Assembly: GCF_032062105.1 (NCBI RefSeq)
Contig: NW_026918424.1
Location: forward strand, 1 to 64,000
Direction of reading: 5' to 3'
Source of the DNA: Saccostrea cucullata
Lineage: Eukaryota
DNA length: 64,000 nt
The notes under the pieces were generated by a model. That model made no database searches. It was not told the DNA's origin and worked only from the letters and a program-made list of their open reading frames with translations. This document shows positions 37,343-48,990 of the stretch, one piece after another. Within the stretch, counting starts at the first letter, position 1, and every line of letters starts with the position of its first letter. A program made the translations under genes and the position numbers.

Positions 37343-39167
37343 CATTACTATCGCATAAGCTCTTCTGGTCTCTGACCAGTAGAGCTAAAAACATACTTTT
37401 ATGATCAAATACCTAAGTCCTGTAATGTATTCAATAGCTTTTTACATGAGGCCAAACAAAAAAATATCTTTGTTTACTGTTACATGCTGAAATAAAATAG
37501 GGTCGGTAGGTAGGAATTTTTTTTTTATTTTATTGAATTTTTTTAATACACAAATTCACATAAATTGGTTGAATAATACAAAACAGTTTTACCATTGTGT
37601 GGTGCCTTACCTTTGTTTGGCTTGTAATATGGGTGTTTTCTTGCCAACTGCTTTACAACTCAGGGGTGTGCAATTAAAAATAAATCAAGTACTAGCCCAC
37701 AGGCTTGTAACAGCGTTAAAGTTACTAGCCCAAAGTTAAAAGTGAGCAGTCCAAATATAGGGGCAAAAAATTGTAAAAACAAATATTGTAAAAAGTTCAC
37801 TGTTGAGAAAGTCAGGGTCCTAAGCCATCCCTTTTAAAGTTGAAGTTTAAAAATTTTAAGAAATTATATTATCTTTTCTTTTCTGAACATATTGTAATTG
37901 TGTAGCTTATACATGTTATATCTAAAATGAAGCAAAATCATTTTATTTTCATTTCAAACCATTAAAAACAATTGATATATATTAAAGTTTAACCACATAA
38001 CACTTAGCTATTAGTTGATTGGGGGACCGTAAATAATAGAAAGAGATATCTGCATGTATTTACCATTAACAAAGAAATGGAGGAAATTCGGATTAAAAAA
38101 AAAGATCGTTTTTTGAAGTAAATAAGTCAGGAAGTACTTCATAATAAGATAAGGTTAAAGTAATTTAAGATCAGTTGGAACATGCTGCTTAGAAAATTTT
38201 CATTAGTTCGAAATTAAATAGCAAAACAATGAGTGAAAATACCGTTTGTATTTCTCATGTATAAAATGCATAATTTTAATGTTTACTACCCCAAAAACGG
38301 TAGCACCGGCCATCAGGCGATGCTAGTTGCACACCCCTGCAACTGCCAAGCAATGGTAAGCAAATTGCAGCGAGCTTGTTGGTGTAGAAATTGAACTCCC
38401 TGGTTTTGTTTTTGTACTTTCAATTTCGATTTCAAAGATGAATGTAAAAGTTAAACTGACCGGCCAGTAACTTCCGGATTTTTACGACGAAAAAAAAAGT
38501 TTGGGTCGGCGATGAAAATTAGGGTCGGTCGGGTAACCGTAAACAAACATAATTTTTTGTTACGCCTGAGTAATAAAACAGAAAAGCAGGCAGTGCATGG
38601 AAGTAGTCACAGTACCCACCTTGCACAAGCACAAATCTTGCTGTGGGTCTTTCAAGCGAATAGTTGCTTTCCCTTCATTTATAAATTTGGCAAATATTTG
38701 CTCTATGTTGTCTTTAATCTAAAAAAAATTAATCTTTGTAATTTATGCCTGTAAGAATTAATTCATTGATAGACAGTGAATTCTAAAATTGTTATTATCT
38801 TTGTTTTCTGAATAAAAGTGAAATATTACAAAAGAACCTGTCAATTCAGAACGTGTAACATGCAGATCGACAAACGTATGTACAGACTCAATATCCCCCA
38901 CTTTCAGAGAAAGCAAGAGGCAAAAACTACAATCAAAAGTAGGCAAAAATATTCTAATAAATCGTGATAGATCAGAACACGTACTTGATATTTTGCACCG
39001 TTCCTATCCTTGGCAGTGCAGGCCATCAGGAAGAGAATGCCTTCTTTAGAGTCAGTCTGTGGTTTCCTTCCTATAGACAGCTGTGTGTGACAACCCTTGC
39101 CTCCTTTCTTGACATTCAGGGATGGCAGGAGACGATTAATAATGTCCATCTCACACTTTATCCTCAT
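31179..39167 (-). CDS. LRR1: Leucine-rich repeat protein 1 (CRL2 substrate receptor), 421 aa
   Basis: Exons 39167-38985, 38718-38620 (IKDNIEQIFAKFINEGKATIRLKDPQQDLCLCK), 35942-35212 (LRR block, then BC-box-like VPSLVECCGRMI) and 31431-31179 (LHTHLCRYLDSARVCWCGGFC..FLCSPQC); GT-AG sites, phases 0/0/2, 1266 nt in frame. Confidence 0.93.
32519..33604 (+). mobile_element. HINE/DINE-type (Helentron-associated) element with 156-bp satellite, copy 1
   Basis: Head AACCAGAAGTCTCTGTCGAGACTGAAGCTCTACTGGT; five full 156-bp units plus a partial; (ACRG)n microsatellite; terminal hairpin AGCTCTTCTGGTC-TCT-GACCAGTAGAGCT complementary to the head; A-run flanks. Confidence 0.88.
33639..34910 (+). mobile_element. 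HINE-type element with 156-bp satellite, copy 2
   Basis: Same head, six full units plus a partial (unit starts 33783-34720), (ACAG/ACGG)n and the same terminal hairpin. Confidence 0.88.
34920..35240 (-). repeat. About 53-bp tandem repeat of the LRR1 exon-3 end plus splice donor, 6 copies
   Basis: Plus-strand TACCTATT at 34942, 34995, 35051, 35103, 35156 and 35209; the minus-strand unit is GTTGTGGGAGGATGAT..AAAAAATAG|GTATAAACTCTCATCAGTTCTGGTT. Confidence 0.92.
36116..37390 (+). mobile_element. HINE-type element with 156-bp satellite, copy 3
   Basis: Same head, six full units plus a partial (unit starts 36277-37213), (ACAG)n and the same terminal hairpin. Confidence 0.88.
37450..38566. mobile_element. 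PIF/Harbinger-like MITE with 3-bp TGA TSD
   Basis: GGCCAAACAAAAAAATATCTTTGTTTACTGTTAC / GTAACCGTAAACAAACATAATTTTTTGTTACGCC; TGA at 37447-37449 and 38567-38569. Confidence 0.75.
37661..38339. mobile_element. Nested MITE with CAGGGGTGTGCAA TIRs and apparent 5-bp TSD
   Basis: CAGGGGTGTGCAA / TTGCACACCCCTG; CAACT at 37656-37660 and 38340-38344. Confidence 0.7.
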
Positions 39168-39241
39168 TTTTCTTAAACAGAAAGAACCATCAAATTAAAT
39201 ATCTGTGTTTAGTACAATTAAAGGAAAAAATATTTTATTTC

Positions 39242-39389
39242 TGTGGTGGCAGATTTCTGCCCCCTACATGCAATGTAAATTATGTTAACATGCAATTTAT
39301 AATTATGCAGCCATGCAACATATTTATGTTGGCATGTTAACATAATTTATCTTGCAGTGGGAGGGAGGGGGCAGAAATATGCCAACATA
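39242..39389. mobile_element. Short MITE of the GTTGACATGCAA-unit family
   Basis: TGTGGTGGCAGATTTCTGCCCCCT / AGGGGGCAGAAATATGCCAACATA ends with ATGTTAACATGCAA units inside. Confidence 0.7.
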
Positions 39390-39483
39390 GTAATGATGAT
39401 GTTTATAACAAATTTCTTCATATAAACAGTCATTGTAATCTACTAATCAATAAAGTTAACAATCTAAATAAAACATCAGAATA

Positions 39484-40010
39484 CCGTGGTCAAGTCTAAG
39501 CGCCTTCCCTATGTCGTTAGGGGCCAATACACGAATCAGGAATGTTTACGTTGGTCGAGTAGCAGTACAACTTATCAAAATTTCCGCCAAAATAAAAAAA
39601 TATATATTCATGCGCGCTTTGCATAAAATGTTTTCTTTTTCATAACTTATAACATTTGTTTAATAATCATGAAAGAAAGAATAGAAATATTGCATTTAAC
39701 AAATGCATTTGGGAAAACATAACGAAATCTTTTTAAACTATATTTTAGTCGGTATGTTATCCTGTAGATGTTGTTAGGTCGCCATCATATTTAATGAGAA
39801 ACAACACATTTCTTGCAATATTTACTGGTTTTGCAAATTCTCTCATGACATAAGCTAACAGTTCTGTATGAATTTCATTGCGCAATGTGTTATCAATTCA
39901 GAAAAGTGTGTTCATGAGATATTTCTGTAAAAACCAGGCTTGTCCATTGGCCTCAGCATCCGGCTTCTGTCTGCCGATTCTTCATCAGTTCATTCGGAGT
40001 GTAACAGACA
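39484..40010. promoter_or_regulatory. Putative divergent promoter region shared by LRR1 and the K2P gene, with an E2F-like site
   Basis: ATGs at 39167 (-) and 40011 (+); TTTCCGCCAAA (minus strand TTTGGCGGAAA) at 39581; possible LRR1 UTR-exon donor near 39484. Confidence 0.45.
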
Positions 40011-43000
40011 ATGTTAAAATTGCGTAAAAGCACAATAAGGTTGCTTGCCTTGGCGGTGTTTTATTTACTGTACCTTGTGATTGGTGCGTCCGTATTTTCC
40101 GCTATTGAAGGACCAAAAGAACGGGAATTGATTAAAAATGTGAAGAAGTTAAGGTCTGATTTTTTGACTGACAACACATGCCTGACAGGTATGTCACTCT
40201 CTATAAACTGTAGAATAGTAAAAAAAATTGATATAATCATCTGGATTTTGATGTAAATTAAGATATTTGAGATGTAATGGTTTGGGCCATGGATATTGGC
40301 CTGGACCTGGTAGCTCAGTTGGTAGAGTACCTGACTAGTGATGGCATCATGCATGGGTATTTGGTTCGATTCCTTGTCCAAGCAATTAAATAGCTGATAT
40401 CAGTATGTATCAAAATTTGAAGTTTGATTACACAATCTTGAATGGTATCTTTAAAACTGAAGAAAAAACACACTTGTTTTAGAAAAGAGAGGTCAATGTT
40501 AAAGGAAAGGACAAGGTAAAAAAATGTTGATGTATTTGAATAGCTTACATCAGTATGTATCAACATATGAAGTTTGATCACACTATCTTGAATGGTATCT
40601 TTATAACTGAGCTAAAAACTAACTCAAGAAAAGTGAGGTCAAGGTCAAAGGAAAGGTAAAGGTAATATGAAGTTTGATCGTGAACACTATCTTAAATGGT
40701 ATATCTAAAACTGAGCTAAACACTAACTTAAGAAAAGTGAGATCAAGGACAAATTAAAAAAACAAGGTCACAAAATGTTGATGTTGTTGAACAGCTCTCA
40801 TTAATATCTATCAGCATATGAAGTTTGACAAAAATATCTTGAGTAGTTTCTTTGAAACTTAGCTTTGAAATGAGCTAAATGCAAAGTGTGAAGGAAGGAC
40901 AGATAGAAGGACGGAAGACAGACAAACAGTATATGCCCCGGCCATATTCATGGTGGGCATAAAAAAAGGAGGGACCACAACAAAGGCACACTATTTTTTT
41001 TTTTCTTTTAAGCATACTAAGTACTGCATATTTGTGAATTTGAACATAAAACTTTATTTTAACTTATTCTGGCCTCAGCCAAATTTTGTTCTAAAACATC
41101 CTCCAACAGAACAGTAATATTTTTTTTTTATTCTTCTTTATTTTGAACTTGTTGTAAAAGCAATATTGACATTAACCCTGACTTGTTAAAAGAACAACAG
41201 TATACTTAGTACCAAATAACAATTTTTCATTATCTTCTATTTGAAAATATAAAGACGCATTTGTTTAACAATTATCTTTCCTGAATGGTTATACCCTCTT
41301 AACCTGATCAGCACACAAACGTCTACAGTGTGGTTGTATTGAGAAAACATTCAATCGGAAGTGAACATGTGGAAGGCTTTCGTAGAAAAACATGAAATGC
41401 ACTTTTGATATGCTAGCTATTTTACTGTAATAGTCAGGAAAGAAAAAAAAAATCTTTTATCTCAATATGCTCAAAGTATATTTTTTTCCACCATTTATGT
41501 CATATTAAATGACCATTTCCTTTTGTCTAAGATCACACAATTAAAATTTTTTTCGCTTTTATGCTCTCACTTAAAACTCTGCCTCTATTGTGCAAATGGG
41601 GCACATTAATGGAGAGGTAGTTTAGTGATAATTTAAGCCTCTGCAGAGATGTATAAACAACTTTTTTGTTAGAACTTGTATATATGTAACATTTCATATA
41701 ATTTATCTATTTCTTATTTAGCTGGAATTTAAAACGGGGTGAAATGAAATATTACAGTATAATTTTTTAATTATTGTTGCAGTATAAAACGGGGCAAAAT
41801 TGTTTGCAATTAGATGCAAAATAATCATCCTTAACATATTGTGTAAATGCTACAATGGTATAGAATGATACATAATCATCCAACAACATAGTACCTCTCT
41901 TGTTCACCTGTATCTGGGATTCTTCATAAATTTTCATGATAATAAATGATATGATTTTTAACAAAGTTTTGCACTAAATTAGTATATATAAAGCTGTAAA
42001 TTGATAATCAATGTTTTTTAAAAAGAATTTTCAATACCGGTATTGTTTTTTGTCAAAAGAAAATTTTTTTTCTTACAGTATAATTAAAAACTGGTATATT
42101 TAATTATTCAGAATCTATGAAGAAAACTAGGCAATGCTGAAGATTAATGCTATTTCCCTTGAAAAAAATGAATAGTATGGATCAAATTATGACATTCCCT
42201 TGGAATATTATATTGGATAAATAAAGCTTGAAGACAATGTAATTGAAGAGAAATGTCAATTAAAACAAAATAAAAATGCAGACTCTCTAGCGAAGCATTC
42301 ATCCTGGGATTATAAATAGTGTATGACACTATGCTGAAATTGATTTTGTTGTGATAAATTTCTTTCTCTGGGTCTAGAGACTCATCAAACGTAGAGCAGA
42401 TTACAATGATTAGAATAAAACTTGTTCCAGTGAGACACTGAGTTCAGCAAATCTCGGATTAAGATGGAAAATGTAAGGGCCTGTTGCCGAAGCTCCACTT
42501 CGCGATTAACATGGCTTTGCCTAGGATTTTTGGCTTATTTATGTTTTGGTGCACTCGTGTTCATGAGGCTGGAATCTGGTATCGAGAGGGATGATCGAAA
42601 GGATTTCTTGAGCAGGAAATGGAAATTTTTGTCTGATCATTCATGTGTGTCAGGTAGATCTACAACCAAGATGCATAAAATATCAGATTATTGAAAATTA
42701 TATTAAGTGAAACACAGTATTGTGATCAATATGTCATGTTGAACAGTTGAGTAGTTCATTTAAACTTTTCATTTTTGCATTTAATTCACTGCTATTCACT
42801 GATGTTCATTCATCCATTTGGCTGGTGATAATCTGTTGTGTAGATTTGCATTTGACAGTCATCATATTCACTTTGCATCAATGTACAACTTGATCCATAA
42901 TTATCTCATATTCACATTTACTGGAAATTTGTAGAACTAAGGTGAAATTAAATGGGGATATTTTGTCTGCTTCCTGTCTGTTTTCACTTTAATAGACATG

Positions 43001-45723
43001 CATTCATACAAGACATTATTTTTTAAATATGCATAGATTTCATCTTCCTGGGTGTCTTAACAAATGTGTATAAAACATTTCACTCTCTCACTTTTTGTAA
43101 CCATTGAGAGAACATTCAGAATAAGCCCAACTAAACCACCTAAATTTATTTCACTCTTTCAGTACCCTTGGCTTTAGTATCTGTGGGAAAACATGGGAAG
43201 GGATCTCAATATTTTACAGCATATATATTAAAGAACATACCCATTTTTTGACCCAATCAGCAACCCTAAATGTTAGGGAATGTAACAACTTATGTATATT
43301 GTAAAATGAATAAGTTAAAATGGATTTTTTTCAACTTGAGAGAATAAAATGCATGGCATATTTGTCAGAATTACCGGTATGCTACATTCTAATTAAGGCC
43401 AGTATGGCTTTCATACATCTCTCCATCTAATGTTGGTCTGGCATGGACCTAGAGCAGATTTTTCTGACAAGATTTATTTTCCATACAAACTAAAGAAACA
43501 ATGATCAATATTTCAGATGACAAGTTGGAAAAGTTCATTGCCAGCATTGTTATTGCTACAAACCGAGGAGTGTCGGCCACCAAGAATGTCACCATGTCTG
43601 AGCCCAACTGGACATTTGGCCAGTCCATCTTCTTTGCTGGAACACTCCTAACAACAATAGGTATTTGAATACAATAGTTGAAAATAAATAGAAAAATTAT
43701 TTCCTTTGTTATCCACATTTGAATATGAGAGATGTTGCAAAGTTTTACAATGATTCAAATTTGGCATATGGTCAAGAAACTTGCATCAAAAAGTGGACAC
43801 ACCAAACTGTCCTCTTCTATTTTCATGATTATTCTTCTCTCTTTTTATTTTTTTTTATAAGCATTTCTTGACTTTCTCATAGATTCAAAATAATCAACCT
43901 TACTATATTTTACTATAAATTCTGAAAATTGCGAAATGTTTTTGCATAATATCACATTAACCAGAATTTCAATTTTATTCCACCTTCGTAGGCTATGGCA
44001 GAGTGGCACCCCTGTCTGAGGCAGGGAAGGGTTTCTGTCTCCTTTATGCCATGATCGGCATTCCACTCACCTTGATTTTCTTCACTGCCATCGTAGAGCG
44101 CCTGATGATACCCACCAAAATGTTCCTTTATTTCCTGTTCCGCAAGCTTGGACATCTATACCGAGTGTTTCACATCCAGCTGTTGCATTTCTTCATTCTG
44201 CTAATAGCTGCAATTGTTTTCATCTTCATCATACCTGCCAGCATTTACTCTGCTCTTGAGCCAAAGTGGGACTTTTTGGACTCCTTTTACTATTGCTTCA
44301 TCTCCATGACAACCATTGGGCTTGGTGACTACATCCCAGGAGACAATCCTGACCAAAAGGCCAGAGCTGTCTACAAGCTAGGCACCACAGGTAATAATGA
44401 CTACAAGCTAGGCACCACAGGTAATAATGACTACAAGCTAGGCACCACAGGTGATACTGACTACAAGGTAGGCACCACAGGTAAAAATGACTACAAGCTA
44501 GGCACCACAGGTAATAATGACTACAAGCTAGGCACCACAGGTAATAATGACTACAAGCTAGGCACCACAGGTAATACTGACTACAAGCTAGGCACCACAG
44601 GTAATATTGACTACAAGCTAGGCACCACAGGTAATAATGACTACAAGCTAGGCACCACAGGTAATAATGACTACAAGCTAGGCACCACAGGTAATAATGA
44701 CTACAAGCTAGAAACCACAGGTAATAATGACTACAAGCTAGGCACCACAGGTGATACTGACTACAAGGTAGGCACCACAGGTAAAAATGACTACAAGCTA
44801 GGCACCACAGGTAATAATGACTACAAGCTAGGCACCACAGGTAATAATGACTACAAGCTAGGCACCACAGGTAATAATGACTACAAGCTAGAAACCACAG
44901 GTAATAATGACTACAAGCTAGGCACCACAGGTAATAATGACTACAAGCTAGGCACCACAGGTAATAATGACTACAAGCTAGGCACCACATGTAATACTGT
45001 ATACAAGGTAGTCACTACAAATAATACTGTACCGTAAATCTGGAAATTTTGCGTCGATTTTATTTTGCGAATTCGGGTCAAAATGGTGTTGATTAATTTT
45101 TACGTTTCAAAATTTTGCGAATTACCACTGCTTTGTTTACATTTTCTTATTGGTAATTTATTTTTAAGAAAAATATTTTTGCGAATGCAATGAACTCGCA
45201 AATTTGCTAAAAATTTATCTACAGCAAAAATTTCCAGATTTACGGTATAGAAACAAGCTACCACAAGTAATACTGATTCATATTATTATTATATGATGTA
45301 AAATCCATAATTTTTTTTTTTCAGTCCACACATGTAATTAAAATCCTCAAACAAGACTTTTGGCTTAATTGACCACTTATTTTTTTTCTAAACCACAGGG
45401 GAATTCGTGAGCATGCCCCTGTGTGAAAATTTTTTTAAAAATTAAAAACAATTTCTCTTTTTGTAGTGTACCTGTTCATAGGCTTGCTGATGATGATGCT
45501 ACTGTTGGCTGTTCTGTACGACATCCCAGAGCTCAATCTAGGCTTCCACTTCTACCTGAAGAGTGATGAAGAGGAAGAGGAAAGGGCACGGCTGAGGAGT
45601 GGTGGGGAGAGCAGCGGACCCAAATATACCAAACAGCGGGACGAGGACCCCCACAAACAGAGTGGGGGGAGTCAAATGTATCAGCCTACCCAGGATGATG
45701 TGGCAGCGGCCACAGGGAAATAA
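40011..45723 (+). CDS. KCNK1: Two-pore-domain potassium channel, TWIK subfamily (KCNK1/KCNK6-like), 325 aa using exon 1a and the first exon-3 donor
   Basis: Exons 40011-40188 (M1 + cap Cys), 43517-43660 (NWTFGQSIFFAGTLLTTIG), 43992-44390 (YG..M2, M3, P2 TTIGLGDYIPG) and 45467-45723 (M4 + acidic tail); all phase 1, 978 nt in frame; GYG/GLG filter pair typical of TWIK. Confidence 0.9.
40303..40381 (+). mobile_element. tRNA-like SINE head fragment
   Basis: TAGCTCAGTTGGTAGAG A-box and GGTTCGATTCC B-box; no convincing anticodon arm. Confidence 0.55.
40382..40967 (+). mobile_element. Degenerate HINE-type element of a second family
   Basis: About four diverged units (GAAGTTTGATCACACTATCTTGAATGGTATCT..AGGTCAAGG), a GGAC/AGAC microsatellite and a terminal ATGCCC..GGGCAT hairpin followed by an A-run. 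Confidence 0.65.
42464..42653 (+). CDS. Alternative first coding exon (1b) of the K2P channel: second M1 plus cap
   Basis: MENVRACC..GFLAYLCFGALVFMRLESGIE..FLSDHSCVS is homologous to exon 1a; phase-1 donor CAG|GTAGAT is compatible with exon 2; TATAAATA at 42311. Confidence 0.82.
44371..45030 (+). repeat. 30-bp tandem repeat of the K2P exon-3 end plus splice donor, 21-22 copies
   Basis: Unit CTACAAGCTAGGCACCACAG|GTAATAATGA, exact 30-bp period, no stops in the coding frame (GNNDYKLGTT); the last two units are degenerate. Confidence 0.97.
45032..45245. mobile_element. TA-inserting MITE (Tc1/mariner type) interrupting the end of the 30-bp array
   Basis: TA-CCGTAAATCTGGAAATTTT ... AAAATTTCCAGATTTACGG-TA; repeat remnant ACAAGCTACCACAAGTAATACTGA resumes after it. 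Confidence 0.85.
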
Positions 45724-48411
45724 CAGGATTAGATGATAGTAGTTATTATTAGTTACCTTCAGGAAATTAGCTTTTAGAAATGTCAGGGTTTCTGCTTTGA
45801 TTATAGATTGAATGTGGTTACAGTTTGCTGGATCTTCACTTCTGATCAGTGCTTACTACTGTGTCACTAAAATGTTTATACTAGATGTGTTTTTTTTTTC
45901 ATTTTTTATGTGAAAATATGTTTTTAAACATTTTTTGAAAATACGTAAAAATGCTTTACCTTTATGGGGAAAAACTGTTGATACTATTGTGTGATATGGA
46001 ACAGTTCTGCTCTTATATTTAATTGAAAGTACAGTGTACATGGTTGTCACTAATTAAACTTAATAGTTTTGATATTTATACACATATATGTGTTAAATTT
46101 TAGGAGTATGTGACAGATTATAAGCTCAGAGTTTGATATCATGTAAATTAGTAACAGTTTGTGCTTCACTTACAGCAAATGATTGAAAACATACGAACAT
46201 ATATGAAAATTTATGACACTTTCAAAGATTTTTGTATAATTAATAAATGAAATTTTAATTTGAAATGTTTCCATCAGAACTTTTGAATCCAAAATATTGT
46301 GTATTGTAGAATAATTTTCATATTTGGAGGTCAGTATTCTTGGCCAATCAGATTTTTTATAGGGTAACTCATGTATACAGAAGATGAAAAACCAATACAT
46401 CGTTATCATTTATTATGGTCCCCATGAACAATGAAAATGCCTCAATATTGAGATATCATTATTTTGGCCATTGAATTAGTACATTAAAAGCAAGGTCTTT
46501 TTTGTCTCAGGATGTCAAGAAAAAGTAAAGATCCCTGTGTATTGTAGTTTAAGAGCCAGTTTTAGGGACTGCTAAAACGTACTGACACAAAGTGGCTTCA
46601 GGAACAAAGGTTAAAGAGCTATTTGAATTTTTACATTAACCTTGATGTATTTTTCTGCTTTCTTTGTATATTTATTCATTCATTATTTGATACATCACCA
46701 ATATTTGCAAAATCAGTGCATTTCTTTTTGAAGTTCAGATAATTGTTCCATATCATAGTGCTTTACAGTGTATTGGAATGTAGTCATCTTTGTACTGTAC
46801 ATCAGTAAATTATCGCGACACCTTATTTTCACTAGACATTCATTAACTCTTTAGTAGTGAGACAAAATTTTCACTAGAGTTTTTGCTCTGTATAATCTTG
46901 AGCAAACTGTTTCACCTAATTATGCGAAAATTCAAGTTCTCACAAATAAAAAGTGATTTAAAGTACATGTATAAAACAGTAAAATTTGCTTTTAAGGTAG
47001 TCAGGTGGACGTGACTCTATAGTTCTTAATGCACATGTACCGGTATCTATACAGGAAAGTGGTATAATAGACGCTTTTGTCTTATATAAACAGAAATTTC
47101 CTTATATCTTGGTTCCTTTTTAGTGACATTTTAATTGTATACATATGCATGTGTGTTTTGCTTGTCCATCTTTCAATTTTACAAGGAATACTGTATCAGT
47201 GTACAAAGTAAGAAACAAAAATTAGATTTACATTTATATGTGTCCCTGTGTTGCAGCAAAATTTTACTGTTATTGTTAAAAAAAATTTTCCTCAAATAAT
47301 TCCTCTTAATAAAAGTTGTAACTATATATCTGTTTTTGAAAATATTGCAAAGGTTTATTATACAAATACATGCTTGTTACTAATAGATTTAGTCTGTATT
47401 TATTTATTTTTCATTCTTTACAATTTTGTACAATTTTTTTAGTGTATTTATAATTTTTTAAAATAGTGCAATCTGATACATTGCCATGTACATTTGTTAT
47501 TTATTGAAAATGTATTTGTGTTTGAGTGTAATAACATGTTGTAGGTTGTGTTTCTATTTAAATTTGCATATGGTATACACAGGGTATTTCCATGTGTATT
47601 GGTTTAGTTTGAAATAGAAAATTTTAACATGTTGATGTGGATATACGACAGTTAGATTTGAAGTTTGTTATATATATGGTATAGAATGTAGTTTTTTTCA
47701 AATTATATTTATTAATACAGATATGTGCAGTTCCTGTTCAACAAAGAAGATATGCTTTTCCTTAACATGCAAACTTTGAGTCTCTATTAGTTTTACTATT
47801 ATTAAGTGAAAAGGAATAGATGAGACTATACTATGATTTTGATATGCTACAAAATGGAGGGGGCAGCTTTTCAATGGTTAAATAAATGTTTTGGGAATTT
47901 TTTTTAAAATATTATGTTTGGAAAAATAGATGGTTCATGGGGGTCCCATGGAGAAAATGATTTGTAACATACCTGTAATTTTAAATGCAATTAAGCAATG
48001 TTGTTGACAACTTAAGTAAATTGTTGAAAAAAAAATAGAAACCTGGCTGAATGTCAATCATTCATGTCACATGAATTTTCAATTTTAGAATAAATTTGTG
48101 CTGTGCAGAATTTAAGCACGGTGTTCCCGTTGGCTTCACCTATACAACAGACTGATGTAAGTGATGTTAAGATTGGGGGGGGGGATCTTTTGATAAAACT
48201 CATGAAAAACTTTGGTAATACCATGCTTGTGTAATTCTTGCTGAAGAAATTGAGAAAAGTCATTTTTAACACTATCAACATCTTCTTCTGGTATCCTGTA
48301 AAAAAAAAATAAACAAAATTACAGACCCCATCACTGCTTGTGAAAAGTATGGTCACTGTTGATATGACCCTTAGTTATGTTAGAGTGTTATATTAGTTGT
48401 AGATTATATAC

Positions 48412-48990
48412 TTACTAACTTATGTCTGCTACCCCTTTTGGGGTGTAGGCCGCTAACAAGATCCCCCAGGCCCCTCTATCCTGAGTAATATTTTCTACCT
48501 CCTTCCAGTTCTTCCCCATTCTTTTGACATCTGCCTCCAAATCTCTCCACCAGATGTTCTTTGGCCTCCCTCTCTTATGTTTTCCTTGGGGGTTCCAGGA
48601 TAAGGCTACAATGCCTTGTGATGTTCTTATGTGGCTTGCGTAGAATATGCCCTATCCACCTCCACCTTCTCTGCATTATTTCTGCTTTTACAGGAGCTTG
48701 TTTTGTTCTTTGCCACAGACTGGTGTTGCTTATTTTGCCAGGCCATCTGATCTGGAGGATGCATCTCAGACAAGAGTTGACAAATGTCTGGATCCTGTTT
48801 ATTATGGCAACGGTCATCCTCCATGCCTCGGAACCACATCTTCCCAAGTCAAGTGTTTCTGATCCGCTCCACATGTGGAGTGGAGTGGATCAGAAACTTT
48901 TTGACTTGGGAAGATGTTGGAACCATAGAGAAGCACAGCATTAACATTGGTGTTAAAAAGCCTAACTTTGGTGCATGTTGTAATTCCTAG
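48412..48990 (-). mobile_element. 5'-truncated RTE-clade LINE
   Basis: TKVRLFNTNVNAVLLYGS and CLRCILQIRWPGKISNTSLWQRT..IMQRRWRWIGHILRK are typical RTE C-terminal motifs; short TAAG-type tail near 48412. Confidence 0.9.
48837..48916. mobile_element. 80-bp hairpin mini-MITE inside the LINE
   Basis: CATCTTCCCAAGTCAA ... TTGACTTGGGAAGATG; 9-bp TSD TCGGAACCA / TTGGAACCA; splits the LYGSE motif. Confidence 0.8.

Noticed and set aside
40303-40381. Possible tRNA gene
   Set aside because: A and B boxes are present but no convincing cloverleaf or anticodon arm; treated as a SINE head.
44298-44990. 230-aa Cys/Trp/Tyr-rich antisense ORF (WCLACSHYYL)n
   Set aside because: Reverse reading of the stop-free 30-bp repeat; no independent evidence of a gene.
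44371-45030. CRISPR-like appearance of the 30-bp repeats
   Set aside because: Units are contiguous with no unique spacers, the context is eukaryotic and there are no cas genes.
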